Virus record (IMG/VR): IMGVR_UViG_3300020045_003034
Location: 1 to 39,511 of that record
Length of the DNA stretch: 39,511 nt
Origin: a virus
Lineage: Duplodnaviria; Caudoviricetes
Strand: one strand, 5' to 3'
A program made the position numbers and the translations under genes. This document shows, piece after piece, positions 37,524 through 39,511 of this stretch; position 1 is the stretch's first letter; every line of letters begins with the position of its first letter. Below the pieces are notes generated by a model. That model was not told where the DNA came from and ran no database searches. It saw nothing but the letters and a program-made list of their open reading frames with translations.

Positions 37524-37972
37524 TTTGCCCTCCTTTTTAAAATAGTGATTTTTCCAGTATCTAAATCTTTATGGCATTTTGGACAAAGACATATATAATC
37601 ATTTTTATCATCATATTTACCAGAAATATTTGCCCAATGACAACCATGTTTACCTCCAACGTCTCCACACATAGAGCAATTACTAGTTTTACCTAGTCTA
37701 TAATGTAATGCTCTATATCCAGCGTAAGCACCTTTCCATGCCCAATGTTCATTTTCAGAACATTTACCTTTTCGAGATTGACTAATTTTAATTTTCATTT
37801 CTTCTGATATATGTGTTCCAAAACGATAATGTTTGATTCCTGATAAAAATCCTTCTAATCCTTTATTCCAAGGAATTTTACCTTTATGTGCTTCTGATAG
37901 ATTGTTTCTCCATTCTTCAGATATTGGTGGTCTTTTGTAACCACTTTTATGTATGTACATTCCTTTTGGCAT
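37520..37972 (-). CDS. NUMOD3-containing HNH endonuclease
   Basis: SEEWRNNLSEAHKGKIPWNKG, HISEEMKIKISQSRKG, CSMCG..HWAN..LCPKCH. Confidence 0.88.
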   Translation of the reverse strand: MPKGMYIHKSGYKRPPISEEWRNNLSEAHKGKIPWNKGLEGFLSGIKHYRFGTHISEEMKIKISQSRKGKCSENEHWAWKGAYAGYRALHYRLGKTSNCSMCGDVGGKHGCHWANISGKYDDKNDYICLCPKCHKDLDTGKITILKRRAK

Positions 37973-38033
37973 AATTATATAAAAAAAGCCCGTCTTTCGA
38001 CGAGCTAAATTGCTTTAATAGTTTATTATACCA
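37973..38033 (-). promoter_or_regulatory. Leader cassette 7
   Basis: TGGTATAAT AAACT ATTAAAGC AATTTA GCTCGTC GAAA GACGGGC TTTTTTTATATAATT ATG. Confidence 0.85.
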
Positions 38034-38186
38034 TTATTCTGGTTTCTTTAATTCTGAAGTTTCTTTTTTCTTTTCAACATCTTCAAGATTACCTATTTCT
38101 TGAATCATTTGGAAAGTTTCTATATATGGTCGTTGAGCTAGATAATTGAGTATTTTTTGTAGAAGTTCAAGAGATATTTTCTTCAT
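38034..38186 (-). CDS. Hypothetical 50-aa protein
   Basis: MKKISLELLQKILNYLAQRPYIETFQMIQEI..; TGTTATAAT 8 nt before ATG. Confidence 0.7.
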   Translation of the reverse strand: MKKISLELLQKILNYLAQRPYIETFQMIQEIGNLEDVEKKKETSELKKPE

Positions 38187-38261
38187 ATTAAGTGATTATA
38201 ACACTTAATTAAGCTGCTTCATAAGTGAGTAATTATTTTGTAGTCTTAAGAATCTCATAGA

Positions 38262-39511
38262 TTAAAAAATATAATTAAAACTACCACCTTGATATACAAG
38301 GTCTGCATTATCAATAATATTAGCAATAACATCTAATCTCCAAATAGTAGATGTTCTATTTATAATAGTACCACAATAAGGAGTAGCACCCCAAGAACCA
38401 TAAGCAGCATTAAAAATCGCTACTGCTACTGGAATAGTTGATGGCATCGTAAAATTAATTTGATTTCCTGTACCATTTTTTTTAACATTTGAACTTGCTA
38501 ATCCAAACTCAAAAAAACATTTATTTCCAATAATTTTAAATTTATATGTACCACTTGGTTGTTGTCCACCAGTTCCGTTATCTATTTCTGCAGTATCCCA
38601 TGTTGGTGCAGTAGAAACAAAAATGGCAGGAAAACCAATAGGATTCTCTATATGACTATAAGCAAATTCTGTTATAGCAGCATTAGCTACTGTATAATCT
38701 GCCCCACCTGTTAGAGTAAGTAATGTATCAGCTACACCAATAATGTACATGTATTTGAATGAGCCACCTTGTTTAAATCTTATTTTATCTCCCTTTTGAT
38801 ATATAGAAGCAGCACCACTAGGTACTGTCATAGTACTAGCACTTGCATAGGTAGGTTGAGATGTAATGACTACCCATCCGTTTGTAAAATCAGTAGTAAC
38901 ACCACTAGCTGTTTGCCAAGTAGCATCTCCATTAGCATCAGAAGTTAAAACTTTATTTGCACCTGCTCCAGTAGTTATTTTAAGCAATGGAGTAGTTATT
39001 TTCATCCCTGTGTATAAAGTCAATCCCGCTGCTCCAAAACGAGCTATTTCGTTAGCTGCCATAGTTCCACCAGTGTGAAAAATAACTTCTTTGGCTGTAG
39101 TAGCCGTTCCAATTGTCAAGTGGTTGCTTGAAGCGTAAAGGTATGTATCTAAAGCACCAGAGATTGTCCAAGTACCTACTGAATAAGCAGAAGAGTTTAT
39201 CCCTAAATCGATAAAGTTAGTTGTTTCATTTCCATTGTCTGCGGTACAAACTACGTCTGAAGAAGCAGAAGCACCATTTAGGGTATTTTGAATGTTTGAT
39301 TGTATATAGTTGTTGTAAGAAGCAGTTACTTTAAAAGCGTCAAAATCAGTAGTTGTCCCCTTAGCAACTAATAATTTACCATTTATAGTTGCAACAGTAG
39401 TACCAGTATTGCTACCAAAATTTATGTTTGTTGTAGAACCAGCTGCACCGCCAGTACCGATATTTAAAGTTTTAGTATAAGTGGAAGCTGTGACACCTGA
39501 ACCTATGTTTG
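38262..39511 (-). CDS. Tail fibre, C-terminal part (joined to 1-1208)
   Basis: Frame open from the window end to TAA at 38262; GAGANKVLTSDANGDATWQ fibre motif. Confidence 0.85.
   Translation of the reverse strand, partial: NIGSGVTASTYTKTLNIGTGGAAGSTTNINFGSNTGTTVATINGKLLVAKGTTTDFDAFKVTASYNNYIQSNIQNTLNGASASSDVVCTADNGNETTNFIDLGINSSAYSVGTWTISGALDTYLYASSNHLTIGTATTAKEVIFHTGGTMAANEIARFGAAGLTLYTGMKITTPLLKITTGAGANKVLTSDANGDATWQTASGVTTDFTNGWVVITSQPTYASASTMTVPSGAASIYQKGDKIRFKQGGSFKYMYIIGVADTLLTLTGGADYTVANAAITEFAYSHIENPIGFPAIFVSTAPTWDTAEIDNGTGGQQPSGTYKFKIIGNKCFFEFGLASSNVKKNGTGNQINFTMPSTIPVAVAIFNAAYGSWGATPYCGTIINRTSTIWRLDVIANIIDNADLVYQGGSFNYIF
39391..39511. repeat. Terminal direct repeat copy 2
   Basis: Identical to 1-121. 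Confidence 0.97.

Noticed and set aside
1520-38033. Dispersed cassettes as CRISPR repeats or mobile elements
   Set aside because: Not tandem, stems differ in sequence, and there are no spacers, cas genes, terminal inverted repeats or target duplications.
1-39511. Stop-codon reassignment
   Set aside because: Conserved genes are intact in the standard code, and TGA and TAG both end genes at sensible, often overlapping, boundaries.
38262-39511. Diversity-generating retroelement or invertible tail-fibre cassette
   Set aside because: No reverse transcriptase, recombinase or template/variable repeat pair seen.

Overview
This window is an apparently complete, circularly assembled genome of an AT-rich tailed dsDNA phage. 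Bases 1-121 repeat exactly at 39391-39511, giving a 39,390 bp unit. The gene set is podovirus-like. The minus strand carries TerS, TerL, portal, scaffold, major capsid, decoration proteins, a 778-aa tail fibre crossing the contig join, a head-tail adaptor, a large nozzle-like protein, probable ejection proteins and a lysis module. It also carries a phage GroES/GroEL pair, four HNH endonucleases, YopX, a lytic transglycosylase and a CAP-domain protein. A plus-strand early block (20775-27490) carries ERF, a C5 methyltransferase, RusA and many small ORFs, followed by a degenerate tRNA-Thr. I recognise no integrase, polymerase, helicase, primase or Rep. The most striking unexplained signal is a cassette repeated seven times in front of virion genes. 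Each copy has an extended -10 promoter (TGnTATAAT), a conserved ATTA(A/G)..AATTTA leader, a GC-rich hairpin of variable sequence, a U-tract and then the ATG. This looks like a distributed promoter-proximal attenuation/antitermination regulon, and a Com-like zinc-ribbon gene next to one copy is a candidate effector. The control region (19.6-21.3 kb) also holds long structured non-coding elements, three operator-bearing promoters and a face-to-face promoter pair. All product calls come from reading motifs by eye; no database search was run.
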